64,000 bases of DNA, from the NCBI RefSeq assembly GCF_009914755.1, contig NC_060932.1. One strand, 5' to 3'. Below, in pieces: positions 14,100-26,590 of this stretch. The notes beneath the pieces were generated by a model, which searched no databases, was not told where the DNA came from, and saw only the letters and a program-made list of their open reading frames with translations. The stretch comes from the human T2T-CHM13v2.0 reference genome, Homo sapiens. The translations under genes and the position numbers were made by a program. Each line of letters opens with the position of its first letter. Within the stretch, counting starts at the first letter, position 1.

Positions 14100-15250
14100 C
14101 TTAGGTCGCCATCTCTCTAGTCCTTGTGGTTCTCTGGAGTTTGTTGTCTAGAACTTTCTTCAAAACATATTCATGGGAACGATACTCCTTGAGCGATTGT
14201 ACGTTGCTGTCAGTTTTTCTGTGTCCTTTATACCTGAAGACCAGGTTTGCTGCGTATGCAATGATTGGCTTATATTTACTTTCCTGGCATATCTTAAAGA
14301 TGTTATTCTGTATTCCCCTAACCTAACACAATGCTGTTGAACAGGCACGTGCTTGAATCTGTTTCCCTTAAAAGTAACTCATCTTTCTGTCTCAACGCCA
14401 GAGGACTTTTACTCTCTTTATTGCTCAGTAACGGTATTATTATGTGCCTTGGTGGTCATCGTTCTGATTTAATTTCTCTGGTACATGGTCGTTCTTTCAA
14501 TATGTAGTCAAACTTTTAAGTTTTCAGGGAACGTTTACGAATTATAGCTTCTAACATTTGTTCTCTTCTGTTGCTCTGATTTTCACTTTTAGAGATTCTT
14601 ATTATCTGTTCTTTCTGTTTTGCCTGTCTAATATTTGCAACTTCATTTTTTGGGGGTTTTCTTCTTTTTTCAACCTTATATTTTTCTTAATGCATCATTT
14701 GTGATTATTCATTCTTGTTTCCTCTATTTTATTCTTCATTTCTGAAATGAGCTGTCATTTATTTCTAAACGTTTTTCCCTGAGTTCTGTTGCTTCAGCTT
14801 TAAGTTTTTCTATTTCTGATTTACATTGTTCTTTTCTGCCTTATGTAATCTTCTTAGTGTCTTCCAGCTTGTTTTACAGCAGCCGGTGGTAGTTTTGACT
14901 CACTTTGTGGATGTGCCTCTCTGGCGGGCTTTCGCTCACTTTATGGATGTACCTCTGGCGGGCTTTCGTTGTGTGCAGGCAGGGGTGTTATTCGGCTTTT
15001 TTGTTTTCTGTAATAATTTTTATTGGATTGATTTGACCAGGATGATAGCTTTCTGTTGCTTATTTTTATGTGACCTTAATGTAGGTGAACTTTGGGAAGA
15101 AAGCAGAATCCGGGAGAGCTTTTCCGACTTCCTAGAGCTCTCCCTTCTGTCGTTTTCATGTGAAGTTAAGAAGGTGGCAGTTTGACTTCTGAGATTTCCT
15201 GGCTCTGTTCCCTGCCCCTGGTTTTATTGACGTGTTTTTCCCTCAGTCCT
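14100..15250 (-). mobile_element. Ancient HAL1/L1M ORF1-region remnant
   Basis: T-rich degenerate sequence with gctgttgaacag...tttcccttaaaagtaactcatctttctgtctcaacgccagaggactttt, similar to antisense HAL1/L1M. Boundaries approximate. Confidence 0.5.
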
Positions 15251-16204
15251 ATTATCATCTCAGGGTGAGAGCCTTTCCTGGAAGGGCGGTGTGGCTGATC
15301 AGCATCAGGAGTTCACGGGGGCTGTCTTTACGGGGAGACCCCTCTGCACACTGACTGCTGGTGGGCAAATCCCCTTCCGGCTTTGGGGCCTGGCTTGGGC
15401 CACTGTGCATGGTGTGGAGTGGGCACCACGGCCTCTCCTGGGGTTCCACCGGGCCTGGCCTGTCCCTCACCAGCCACTGCCCCTCTGTCCTTGGACACGG
15501 ACGCCACGTAGATCCTGGGGCACTTCCCCGTATTTTGCACTCCCTGGGCTGTCTGGTCACCTGGTTGCTGTAAATGGTTTTTGGGTTTTGCTATCTTGTT
15601 GCTTTGTGTGATGTGATGTGTGATATGATTGGTCTGGGAGGATTGAAAGCTGTGTCGCTGCATTCACCACATTCCTCACGCAGAGTAGTTGTAAAGGAGG
15701 ATTTAAAAAGAAAGCCTTAGACTTTCTGTCACTGTGTCCTCGCTACATGATATCTTTACATTTCTTCACGTGTATTAAGTTGTCAATAAGAGTAACTGTA
15801 CGGAAAACATATGTTTAAGTCATTGAAGTTTATCTGGCTTGTTTTAGACACACTTTAATGGATTACTTAGGGGATTAAATATTTTAAAACATTGGTAGTA
15901 TGTTTTAATGTGTCAGATGTAAATTATTTTGTAAATGACTTTTGACATTTAATAGTACCTGTTGCCAAAAATGTTTTTGATATGGAGTGCTCTACTAATT
16001 TTTTTCATTTGTTTAACATATTTTTGTTTACTTTGTGGTTCACAATGAAGAGTATTCGTCAGCTCTGCCATTGCAGTGAATGAGTTAGAAAGGAAGTGTG
16101 TTTGTGAGAGTGAGGAATTAGTAATTTCTCTATTAGGAAGTGAAGCTGAATCAAAATGGTAGGGATGGCTCATGTATACATTGATTTACTTTTTTTAAAA
16201 AGAC

Positions 16205-16630
16205 ATTTTTATTGAACTGTAACATACCTGCAAAAAGTTATGCCAGTTGTTAAGTTCACAGCCACTCAGTTTTCATGAAGGGAGCACAGCCTTCTGCTCA
16301 GCAGCCAGATCAACAAAGAAATATTGGTAGACGACAGTCTCGATTGACCCCCTTTCCAGCCGTGCTGTCCTTCCTCACCCATCAAGGATGAACAAGGAAG
16401 TACTGGTAGACTACAGTCTCTCTCGACCCCCTTTCCAGCCATGCTGTCCTTCGTCGCCCATCAAGGATCAATAAGGTAGTACTGGTAGACTACGGTCTCT
16501 CTTGACCCCCTTCCCAGCCATGCTGTCCTTCCTCGCCTATCAAGGATCCCCACTATGGGGACTCCAAACCACATGGATTAGTTTTGCTTGTATTTCAACC
16601 TCATATACATGAAACTGTACAGTAAATGTT
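16205..16630 (-). mobile_element. L1ME 3' end containing a 79-bp tandem triplication
   Basis: ttttattgaactgtaacatac...cagatcaa...cccactat...catggattagttttgcttgtattt match the L1ME 3' end. Confidence 0.7.
16313..16547. repeat. 79-bp tandem repeat, 3 diverged copies
   Basis: tggtagac recurs at 16325, 16404 and 16483. Confidence 0.93.
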
Positions 16631-16634
16631 ATCT

Positions 16635-17910
16635 TTTATTAACAAATTTACTTATCTGTAACTCATATACTGTGCAGTTGACCTGTTTAAAGTACACAAT
16701 TCAATGGCTTTAGCATCTCCCAAAGAAACCCCACCTATCTTAGCCATCCTCTCTTCCCCTGCCTCCTCCCCAGGCCAGGCCTGGCCACCACAAATCCACT
16801 TCTGTCTCGGTTGATTACCATGCTCTGGACATTTCGTGTAAACAGAATCATACAATATATGGACTTCTGTGACTGACTTCTTTCACTTAGCATAATGTTT
16901 TAAGGTTCGTCCATGTCATGTCAGGTATTTTCTTTTTATTGCTGAATGACATTCATTTGTACAGATATACCACATTTTATTTATCCAGTCATCAGTTGAA
17001 AGCTTTTGGGTTGTGTACACTGATTGTTGTGAATAATTCTGCTGTGCATATTTGTGCACAACTTTTTGCGTGAACATATGTCTTTATTTCTCTTGGGTAT
17101 ATACCTAGGAGTGGAATTGTTTGAACATTTTCAGGACGTTTCAGACTGTTTTCCAAAGTTGCAGCATGAGTTTACGTTTCTGCCAGTCGTATAGGAGGGT
17201 TCTGATTTCATCAGATCCTCACCAGCACTTGTTATTTGGCTTTTTTATTCTATCCATCCTAAGTGGTGTGAAGGGTATGGTATTGTGGTATTTTAGGGTA
17301 TGGTGTTGTGGTTATGATTTGCATTTCTCCAATGGCTAATGATGTTGAACATCTTTCCATGTGCTTGTTGGCTGTTTGTATATCTCCTTTGGGAGAAATA
17401 TCTATTAAGATCCTTTGCCCATTTTAAACTAGGTTATTTGTCTATTATTGGATAGTGAGGATTTATGTATTCTAGATACAAGTCCTTATCAGACGTATGA
17501 CCTGCAAATAATTTCTTCCCATTCTATAGGGTGTGTTTTCACCTTCACTTTTCTTGATGGTGTTCTTTGAAGCATAGATGTTTTAAATTTTGATGATATC
17601 CAGTTTATTTCTTTTTTTGCTGCTTGTGCTTTTGATGTTGTATTTAAGATACCATTGCCTAATCAAGGTCATGAAGATTTATGCTGTTTTCTTTTAAGAG
17701 TTTTATATACCTTTTGCTGTTACATTTAGGTCTTTGATCCATTTTGCATTGATGTTTGCATATGGTGTGAGGAAGGGATCCAACTTCTTTCTTTGGCATT
17801 TGGCTGTCCAGCTTTCCTGGTACCATCTGTGGAAAAGACTGTTCTTTCATAATTGAATTGTCTTGGCACCCTTGTCAAAAATCAATTGTCCAGAGACGTA
17901 TGAGTTTCTT
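16635..17910 (-). mobile_element. L1MB-like 3'UTR and ORF2 C-terminal fragment
   Basis: ttaaagtacacaattcaatggcttt..., tctggacatttcgtgtaaacagaatcataca, gatttgcatttctccaatggctaatgatgttgaacatcttt. Confidence 0.85.
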
Positions 17911-17929
17911 CGTAAACGTTTGTTATTTG

Positions 17930-18800
17930 TGTTTGAAAATAATACTTATACACACTTACGGAGTACAATGTGATGTTTTAATACATGTATAAATTGCATA
18001 ATGGGTAAATAAGGGCAGTTAGCACATCTATTACCTCAAACATTGACCATTTCTTTGTGATGAGTACATTCAAAAACCTCTGTTTTAGCTATTTTGAAAT
18101 AAATAATACATTATTGTTAACTCCAGTCATTCCACTGTGCAACAGACCACCAGAACTTAGTCTTCCTATCTAACTGTAGCTTTGTGCTATTGACCTTCCT
18201 TTTGCCATCTCCTCCTCCCACACTCTTACCCAACCTCTGGTAACCACAATTCTACTCTCTACTTCTGTGAGATTGGCTTTCTGAGATTCTGCACATGAGT
18301 GAGATCATGTGGTGTTGGCCTTTCTGTGCCTGGCTCTCTTCACTTAACATATGTCCTTTATATTCATCCATGTTGCCCAAAGTGAAAGGATTCCACTTTT
18401 ATGGCTGAATAGTATTCCACTGTCTATAAGTACAATATTTTCTTTATCCATTCATCTTTTGGCGTGTGACAGTTGGGTTGGTCCCATATCTTGGATATGA
18501 TGAATAGTGCTGCAGTGAACATGATAGTGCAGAGATCTCTTTGACACTAACTTTATTTCCTTTTGATAATACCCAGTAGCAGGATTGCTGGATCATATGG
18601 TAGTTGTATTTTTAATTTTTTTTAGGAACCTTGATACTGTTTTCCATTCCCACCAGCAGCACTAGTGTTTTCTTTCCTCCACATCCTTCCTGACATGTTT
18701 GTCTTTTTGGTAATAGCCATTCTAATTGGGATGAGGTGATATCTCACTGTAGTTCTGGTTTGCATTTTCCCAGTGATGAGTGATGTTGAGCACATCCATG
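17930..18800 (-). mobile_element. L1MA 3' end fragment
   Basis: ggagtacaatgtgatgttttaatacatgtata...atctattacctcaaacatt...gagtgagatcatgtggt. Confidence 0.85.
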
Positions 18801-18809
18801 TCTGGCTTG

Positions 18810-19960
18810 CTCTTGTTTTGTTTAGGGTTATTCTATCCATCTTCAGACATGATACTAGCCTGTAATTCTTGCTTCTCCTGTTTTTCTTGTTAGGGTTTAC
18901 TACTAAGCTTATATATCCTTATAAAATGAGTTGTAAAATGGTGCTTTTGATTACTGTGGAATAGTTTTTGTACAGTTGGAATTCTTTTACCTTACATATT
19001 TGGCTGAACTTGCCATTAAAAACACATGGGCCTGGGTGTTTTCTTTGTGGAAAGATTTTAAACCACTGATTCAATAACTGTTATGGTTATAGGAATATTC
19101 AGGTTTTCTGCTGCTTCTTGACACAATTCAGGAAAATGTTGTTTTTTCTGAACTTTTCCATATTATCTTAGTTTTCAGATATACTGGCCAAAGTTCACAG
19201 TGTTTCTTTTGATCTATTTAATCTTTGCACTGTTTTTACTTATGTTTCCCTTTTCATTGATACCGGCTATTAGTGTTTTATTTTTAATTTTTGACTAAAA
19301 TTAAAAAGTTTTAATATCAGTGTAATTGAGATATATTTTACACTTTTTTTCCCTTCTTTTTCATGTAACTCTGACCAGAATTTTAAAATGATCTTTTTGA
19401 TTGGATTATCTTGATTGTGTACTTTTTTCTTTTCTTTTTTTTTCTTTTTGAGACAAGGTCTCGCTCTGTCACCCAGGCTGGAGTGCAAGTGGAATGATCT
19501 CAGCTCACTGCAGCCCTGCCTCCTGAGTTCCAGCAGTTCTCCCACCTCAGCCTCCAGAGTAGCTGGGACTATAGGCGCACGCAACCACACCTGGCTAATT
19601 TTTGTAATTTTAGTAGAGACAGGGTTTCACCATGTTGGCCAGGCTGGTCTCAAAGTCTTAGCCTCAAGTGATCCGCCTACCTCGGCCTCCCAAAGTGCTG
19701 GCATTACACAGGCTTGAGTCACTGCGCCTGGCCTTTGACTGTGGACTTTTTCCTATTTAATTTCTATGAATTTCTGCTCCTGTCTTTATTATTTTTTTCC
19801 CCTTTACTTTCTTCTGTTCAGTGGTTCTTATTTTGACTTTTAGCTTGGATGCTTGCTTGCGTGTTTGTTTATACTTTGATTTAGACTTAATGTGAATATT
19901 AAAGGGGTAAACACTTCTGCTAAGATCTTGTTTAGTGGCACCTGCAAGTGTGGGCCTGTT
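18810..19960 (-). mobile_element. Old L1M ORF2 remnant interrupted by an Alu
   Basis: T-rich degenerate antisense ORF2 (aaacacatgggcctgggtgttttctttgtggaaag). Confidence 0.6.
19423..19733 (-). mobile_element. Alu (AluJ/Sz-like)
   Basis: Antisense Alu with a degenerate TSD ttgattgtgtac / ttgactgtggac. Confidence 0.95.
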
Positions 19961-20180
19961 ACTCTTCAGTTCTGTGTTTCCTGTTGCCCTGCTCCCAGCC
20001 ACAGGCACCTGCCTGCCTGTTCTCTGTCTGTCGTGTTTCCTTTTCCAAAATGTGACATAGATGGAGTTTACCAGAGGCAACCTTGAGACACTGGCTTCTT
20101 CCAGTTCGCACGATGTATTATAGACTTATCTATATTGCTATATGAATCAATAGTTGATTTTTATAAATTGCTGAGTAGTA

Positions 20181-21228
20181 TTCCAGTATAGGATCGTGTG
20201 GTGTGTGTTCCAATATAGAAACGTGCGGTGCCTGTTCCAGTATAGGATCGTGCGGTGCGTGTTCCAGTATAGGAACGTGCGGTGCGTGTTCCAGTGTAGG
20301 GTCGTGCGGTGCGTGTTCCAGTGTAGGGTCGTGCGGTGCGTGTTCCAGTGTAGGGTCGTGCGGTGCGTGTTCCAGTGTAGGGTCGTGCGGTGCGTGTTCC
20401 AGTGTAGGGTCGTGCGGTGCGTGTTCCAGTGTAGGGTCGTGCGGTGCGTGTTCCAGTGTAGGGTCGTGCGGTGCGTGTTCCAGTGTAGGGTCGTGCGGTG
20501 CGTGTTCCAGTGTAGGGTCGTGCGGTGCGTGTTCCAGTGTAGGGTCGTGCGGTGCGTGTTCCAGTGTAGGGTCGTGCGGTGCGTGTTCCAGTGTAGGGTC
20601 GTGCGGTGCGTGTTCCAGTGTAGGGTCGTGCGGTGCGTGTTCCAGTGTAGGGTCGTGCGGTGCGTGTTCCAGTGTAGGGTCGTGCGGTGCGTGTTCCAGT
20701 GTAGGAACGTGCCAGGGTTTGTTCCAGTCTAGGATCTTGTGATGTGTGTTCCAGCATAGGATTGCGCGGTGTCTGTTCCAGCATAGGATCGCGCGGTGCC
20801 TGTTCCAGCATAGGAACGCGCGGTGCCTGTTCCAGCATAGGAACGCGCGGTGCCTGTTCCAGCATAGGATCGTGAGGTGCCTGTTCCAGCATAGGATCGT
20901 GAGGTGCCTGTTCCAGTATAGGAATGTGCGGTGCCTGTTCCAGTATAGGATGTGCCGTGTCTGTTCCAGTATAGAATCTTGTGGTGCATGTTCCAGTATA
21001 GGAATGTGCAGTGTCTGTTCTGGTATAGGATCATGTGATGTGTGTTCCAGTATAGGAACATGCCAGGGTTTGTTCCAGTCTAGGATCTTGTGGTGCATGT
21101 TCCAGTATAGGAACACGTGGTGTGTGTTCCAGCATAGGATCGCGTGGTGCACGTTGCAGCATAGGATCACACAGAGTCTGTTCCAGTATAGGAACGTGCC
21201 CATGTTCCAGTACAGGAACGAGCCGGTG
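20181..21228. repeat. 27-bp minisatellite, about 39 copies, with a CpG-rich homogeneous core
   Basis: 15 identical copies of gttccagtgtagggtcgtgcggtgcgt at 20288-20692, with divergent copies on both sides. Confidence 0.98.
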
Positions 21229-21663
21229 TTTCTATGGATTCATTTGCTGAAAGCACTGGAGCTGTTTCCAGGTTCTGGCAATGATGAATGAACTACTGTA
21301 AATACTGAGCGCAGGAGTTTTTGTGGAAATTGGGTTCATATTTCACTTGGGCATTTAGTTCGATGCCTGGGATGGGAGTGGCTGTGTCAATGGTAGTGTA
21401 TGTTTAACTTTATGAGAAGCTGCCAAGCTGCTTTCCAAACTGACTGCCCTTTTGGGTTTCTACCAGCCTTGCCCGAAGGTTCCAGCGGTGCAACATCCTT
21501 CCAGGACCCCTGTAGCCTGGGCTAATGGTCTCCCAGCCGTCCTAATAGTGGAGAGTTGTATCTCTTTCAAGGTTTTACTGCATTTCCCCTGATAACTGAT
21601 GACATAGGAACTTTTATCATGTGCCTGCTTTCCATCTTTACTCTTCCATGAAATGTCTGTTCA

Positions 21664-22092
<429 letters not shown>

Positions 22093-23019
22093 TCATTTTC
22101 TTAACAGTGTGTCAAAACAGTGTTTTGAATAATAGAATATTTTAATTTTCATAATGTCCAGTTTATCACATTTTTAAATGCATTGTGCTTTTGGAGTTTA
22201 TCTCAAAGCAATTTTTTGAACCTTCCACCTGTTGCTACAAGTTAAAAGTTACGCTGCCTCTTGAAAGATTTCTGCACTTTGTGCAGAAATTTTATTTCCA
22301 ATTTACAATGTATTTTAAGAAAAAAAATCATCAAATTTGCTTTTAAGTGTTTTTATTGTTTCACAGAAAGCTTTAAATTAATTCTTAATAAGAATATTTT
22401 GGAATAGGGAAACACTTCTTTTCACAATTTGGCAGAGTATGTATCTATGTTTATGTATATTTGTGTGTCTGTGTGTATGAAATGAGGCTGTTGCTTGAAT
22501 AGCCCAATTAAATGTTGGCATGCTTTATTTTACCTAGAAGAAAATTAGACCCCAGAAAGCAATATATGCATTATTGGCCTTTATGTATTTTAGAATTATT
22601 TTATAATAGCATGAAATTTTAAATGTTGCGAAACTATCTGGCTACTATTAGGCTAATCCTGAAAGTATGCCACAGTGTTGTAATGCACTGTGATTGTCTC
22701 AATTTTCCTAAAATAATAGTTAAAATTTTTTTTTTCACTTTAAAGAATTCAGAGGTAAGTTAGTAAAGTTTGGTAACAAATTTTTCTCACAAAATATTGT
22801 CTTTCACTCTCTCTGTTTTCACTTTTGAAATAGCCAAGATTCACACCTTAGAAAATGCTGCAAAGAGGCCATGTACAGAGCTATGTGATGAACAAGTAGA
22901 GACGCAGCAAAAGATGAAAGATGCACTGTCCAGATGGAGTTCTCTGTATCAAAACAACATGTTTTTAACATATGATTTTTCTGTTTGTTTGTGCCATAGG
23001 TGTTTGCTGTTGAGAGAAG

Positions 23020-23258
23020 ACTTTTCTGTATGTAGATGCACAAGTGCCATGTGTTACAGTTGTCTTTGGTGTTCAGTATAGTCACACACTGTGCAGGTGT
23101 GCAGCCCGGGAGCTGTGGGCTGTGCCATTCAACCCAGGGGTGTGGTAGAACGCACCATCCAGGTGTGTGTGAGTACAGTCTGATGTTCGCACCCTGACAA
23201 AGTCGCCTGGTGACGCATGTCTCAGGACGTAGCCCCATTGCTAAGCGACGTATGACTG
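23020..23258. mobile_element. Tigger3/MER7 DNA transposon end
   Basis: gatgttcgcac...gtcgcctggtgacgcatgtctcaggacgtagccccattgctaagcgacgtatgactg matches the Tigger3 terminus. Confidence 0.8.
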
Positions 23259-25010
23259 ACTGTGTTTTCTTATCACGTCAGTGTTGTGTTACCTGTGAGC
23301 GACATGTAAGCTCATCGCTGCTTTGGAATGGGTGCTGCTATTTCCCTGCTACTAGGTAATTTAAAATAATGTGTTAATAGGAAGCACCTATGTTAGTATA
23401 TTATGATGAAGACTATTTGATCATTTCAGTATAATTTTTTGTGTATTTTATTGTGTACATTTACAAACACCGTTCTGAGATGAGTTCCTGGGATTTGTGG
23501 ACTAGTCAGTTCAGCCTCTGTTCAAAAAACTTGTCACATTTATTTATCCAGCTGCCGAATTGCTCAGATCAAGTGCCAGAAAGCATGCAGTTTTGTGTGA
23601 TTTGTGGCTATGGATAGGGGCATAGATTTCCTCCCTCATTTAACACGATTCACGGAGACCACGCCACGTGCCCCGCAGCCTGCTAGATGCCAGGAACCAC
23701 ACTCGGAGCTGGGAAGCAGTGACTGTTCCGTGACTGCTGGGTGGCGGGAGCTGCAGGGGGCCCCCGCTGCGTTTCCCTCTCACCTTCACTAATACCTGGA
23801 GCTGTCTTTATTATTACTCCTCTCTTATTAGCGAGGACACTGGTCTTGGGAAGGTGCAGTGACTTGGTCAGGGCACTCAGCTAGTGGGCGGCGGTCCTGG
23901 GACTCAGCCCCTAAACCCAAGCTCCCACCTGCCCTGTGGACAACAAAGGCATGCAGCCTCCTGCCAGCTGTGAGAATTGGCTTTGGTGTAAATTTTGATT
24001 TCCTCTTATGTGTGTGCAGAGATTTTGAGAAGGGACACATTGGAAGCTAAAAAAAAAACATGTCAAAAACAGTTTAAAGAATTGCTCTGAGGGATAGGAA
24101 ATCTGTCTCTCTCACCTTTCTCTGTCTTGGTGGATGACACAGACTTCTGTGTCCCCTCTCCCTGCACGTGGATCTGGAGGCCACAGGCCTGGGGCTCTGC
24201 CTCCTGTCTCCACTGAGCTGTCATGAAACCACAGTAGCCTCCTGTTTGAAATCTGAGATTGGCTTTTCACACGTGATCTTCAGTTTTCCAGATGGAAGAA
24301 AGAACACTAATGGCAAATCCAATGAAACCATCATGATTCTTTTGTCCGTCTTTTATCTGCTCATCAGCTGTAAATTGTAATGAATTATTAGCTTGATTTT
24401 ACTCAAGATTCTGTGGGTCATTTTCCTCTTTCTCTTGCCAGCTTAATCGATTGTCTGATTGTGGTAAATGAGCAAATCAACATCTCTCAGCCTCGTGGGC
24501 TTTTGTATAAATTGCGGACAGAGTGTTATGTTCCCAGTAGACGGGATTTGTACTGATTATGTTCGCAGATGTCATGCTAACACCTTGGCTACTTCAACGT
24601 TTCTGTAAAGGGTAAAATATCCACCCAAACCCAGCAAGGCTGAGTGCATTCTCGGGCGAGTGTTTCCTTGGGAAATCTAAGTAGCACAGTTTCATTCTGA
24701 ATGACAACGTCCTTGATGTAGAATTACTGTTGCTTCACAAAAGGACCTCATTTACCTTTGTGCTGTTTTTGTTTATGGATCCCCTGGCCGATTCCGTTAT
24801 TTCTGCAACAGATTTTGGTAAAACTGGCTGTTCTTATGTGCAGCATGACGCTGGATCTTCGCAGATGGGTCAGACTGGCTGCTTTGGGGCAGTGGGCTTT
24901 GTAGTGACACATTAAATAGTTACAGATACTTTAGGAGCAAAAGAGGAAATTCAGTGCTTAGTTTATAATAGCTGGGTGCTAGAGTATGAGTCTAACATTG
25001 CACTTAGGTG

Positions 25011-25589
25011 TGTGTTGGGGTCCCCAAGAGTACCCACAGTTCCGTGATTCACTGGGAGCACTCCCAGGGCTCGGCACAGCTGCAGGACAGCTGTGAGTTG
25101 TTACAGAGAAAGGACGCGGAGCATGGTCATCAGAGGGAGAAGGTGGAGGAGGGAGGTCCAGGGAAACGAGATGGAAGCTTCCAGAGCTGTTCCCCACAGA
25201 GTCCCAGGAGGGGCTTGGTTCTGCCAGTATCAAGCTGTGACCACGCATGTCGTCCAACAGGAAGCTTGTGAGAGACACGGTGCCCAGGGTTGTGCTGGGG
25301 TCTGCTCAGATAGACAGCCCTGCCAGCAGGAGAGCAGGTGTGTGGTATAAACATCATCTGCACAGATGGCTTAGGTACAGGATGCCCCTCATCAGTTAGG
25401 GAATGATGGGGATCCCCCACGACATCCAAGTTCTCAGATGAAGCCCAGGGCCAGACTCACCCCTCATCAGTTAGGGAATGGTGGGACCCCCCACGACATC
25501 CAAGTTCTCAGATATAGCCCAGGGCCAGCCTCGCAAGCAGCCGTTCTAGGGAGCAGTCTCAGGCCTGCAGCCACACCGCCCCGTGCACA
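25011..25589 (-). mobile_element. Solo LTR of the MER21/MER68/MER77 group with an internal 75-bp duplication
   Basis: tgtgttggggtccccaaga...gtgattcactgg...catcagttagggaatggtggga...atccaagttctcagat...cagtctcaggcctgc...tgcaca. Duplicated unit at 25385 and 25460. Confidence 0.7.
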
Positions 25590-25726
25590 GGCTTAACTAC
25601 TTTAAATCACTGGAGGATGTGTTTGTCATTTAATTTAATAAGAATTCAGTATTCGTGCCCTGATTGCTAGGGACTGAACCAGGGCATTACAGAAACAAGG
25701 CAGTTTTCTCTTTATGTTGATTCTCT

Positions 25727-26077
25727 CTGTGGTGGGCTGAAGGTTTGTCCCCCAGATTCATACCCTAACCCCCAATGTGATGGTGTTAGGAGGAGAGACC
25801 ACTGGGAGGTCATGAAGTCATGAGGGTGGGGCCGCCACAGGTGGGATAAGTGCCTTTTTAAAAGGGACCTGAGAGAGCTCCCTGCACCTCCTACCTAGCA
25901 AGGACACAGTGAGAAGGCGCTGTCTCTGGACCAGGAAAGAGGCCCTCGGCAGAGAGTGGAATCCGCTGTGCCTGGTTGGTGGACTTCCAGCCTCCAGAAC
26001 CGTGGGAGATGAATTCCCGTTTCTTGTATGTCACCCGGTCTATGATACCTTGTTCTAGCAGCCACATAGACTAAGAC
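25727..26077 (+). mobile_element. MLT1A-like MaLR LTR
   Basis: tgtggtgggctgaa...cctaacccccaatgtgatggtgttagga...ggacttccagcctccagaaccgtg...gactaagac. Confidence 0.85.
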
Positions 26078-26439
26078 CCTGTAGGAGGACTGCACAGCAG
26101 AGGGGACTTGGGCTCACCACCATGAGGGGGACAGCGCATTGCGGGGTTAGTGGGGCTTGTGTAGGGGACCTTAGAGCAAGGCCCAGCAAGGAGGAGCTGC
26201 TGAGTGGGGGCCTTCAGTGGGTATCCTTATCCTTTTATTCAGGAGGCAAAAAGGACAGAGTGGGCTCTGTCTTGGTCCATTTGTGTGGCTATAACACAAT
26301 ACCTGAGACCCTCACAGGCTGGAGGCTGCAGTCTGAGGCCAGGAGGCTGTGTCTGGTGAGGGCCTTGCTGTATTGTCCTGTAGCAGAAGGGGGGAGGTGG
26401 GTGAGAGTGAGAGAGTGGGTGAGAGAGGGCCGGACTGAC

Positions 26440-26590
26440 ATGTGTGTTCATGTGTGCATGTGTCTGCATATGTTTGTGTGTTCATGTTGTATGTGCATGC
26501 ATGTGTGTGCATGTTCATGCATGTACGTGTCTTTTTGTGTGTGCATGTGTCTGTGTGTGTTCACATGTGTGTGCATATGTGCTTTCATGC
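26440..26590. repeat. Degenerate (TG)n/CATG low-complexity tract
   Basis: Read directly from the sequence. Confidence 0.85.

Noticed and set aside
20181-21228. CRISPR-like appearance of regular ~27-bp repeats
   Set aside because: The units are head-to-tail with no unique spacers, there are no cas genes, and the context is primate.
20130-21291. 357-aa HAPHDPTLE-repeat ORF and Cys-rich CGACSSVGS ORF resembling keratin-associated or metallothionein proteins
   Set aside because: These are translations of a 27-bp VNTR embedded in an L1 3'UTR. Multiple frames on both strands are open and there is no gene structure.
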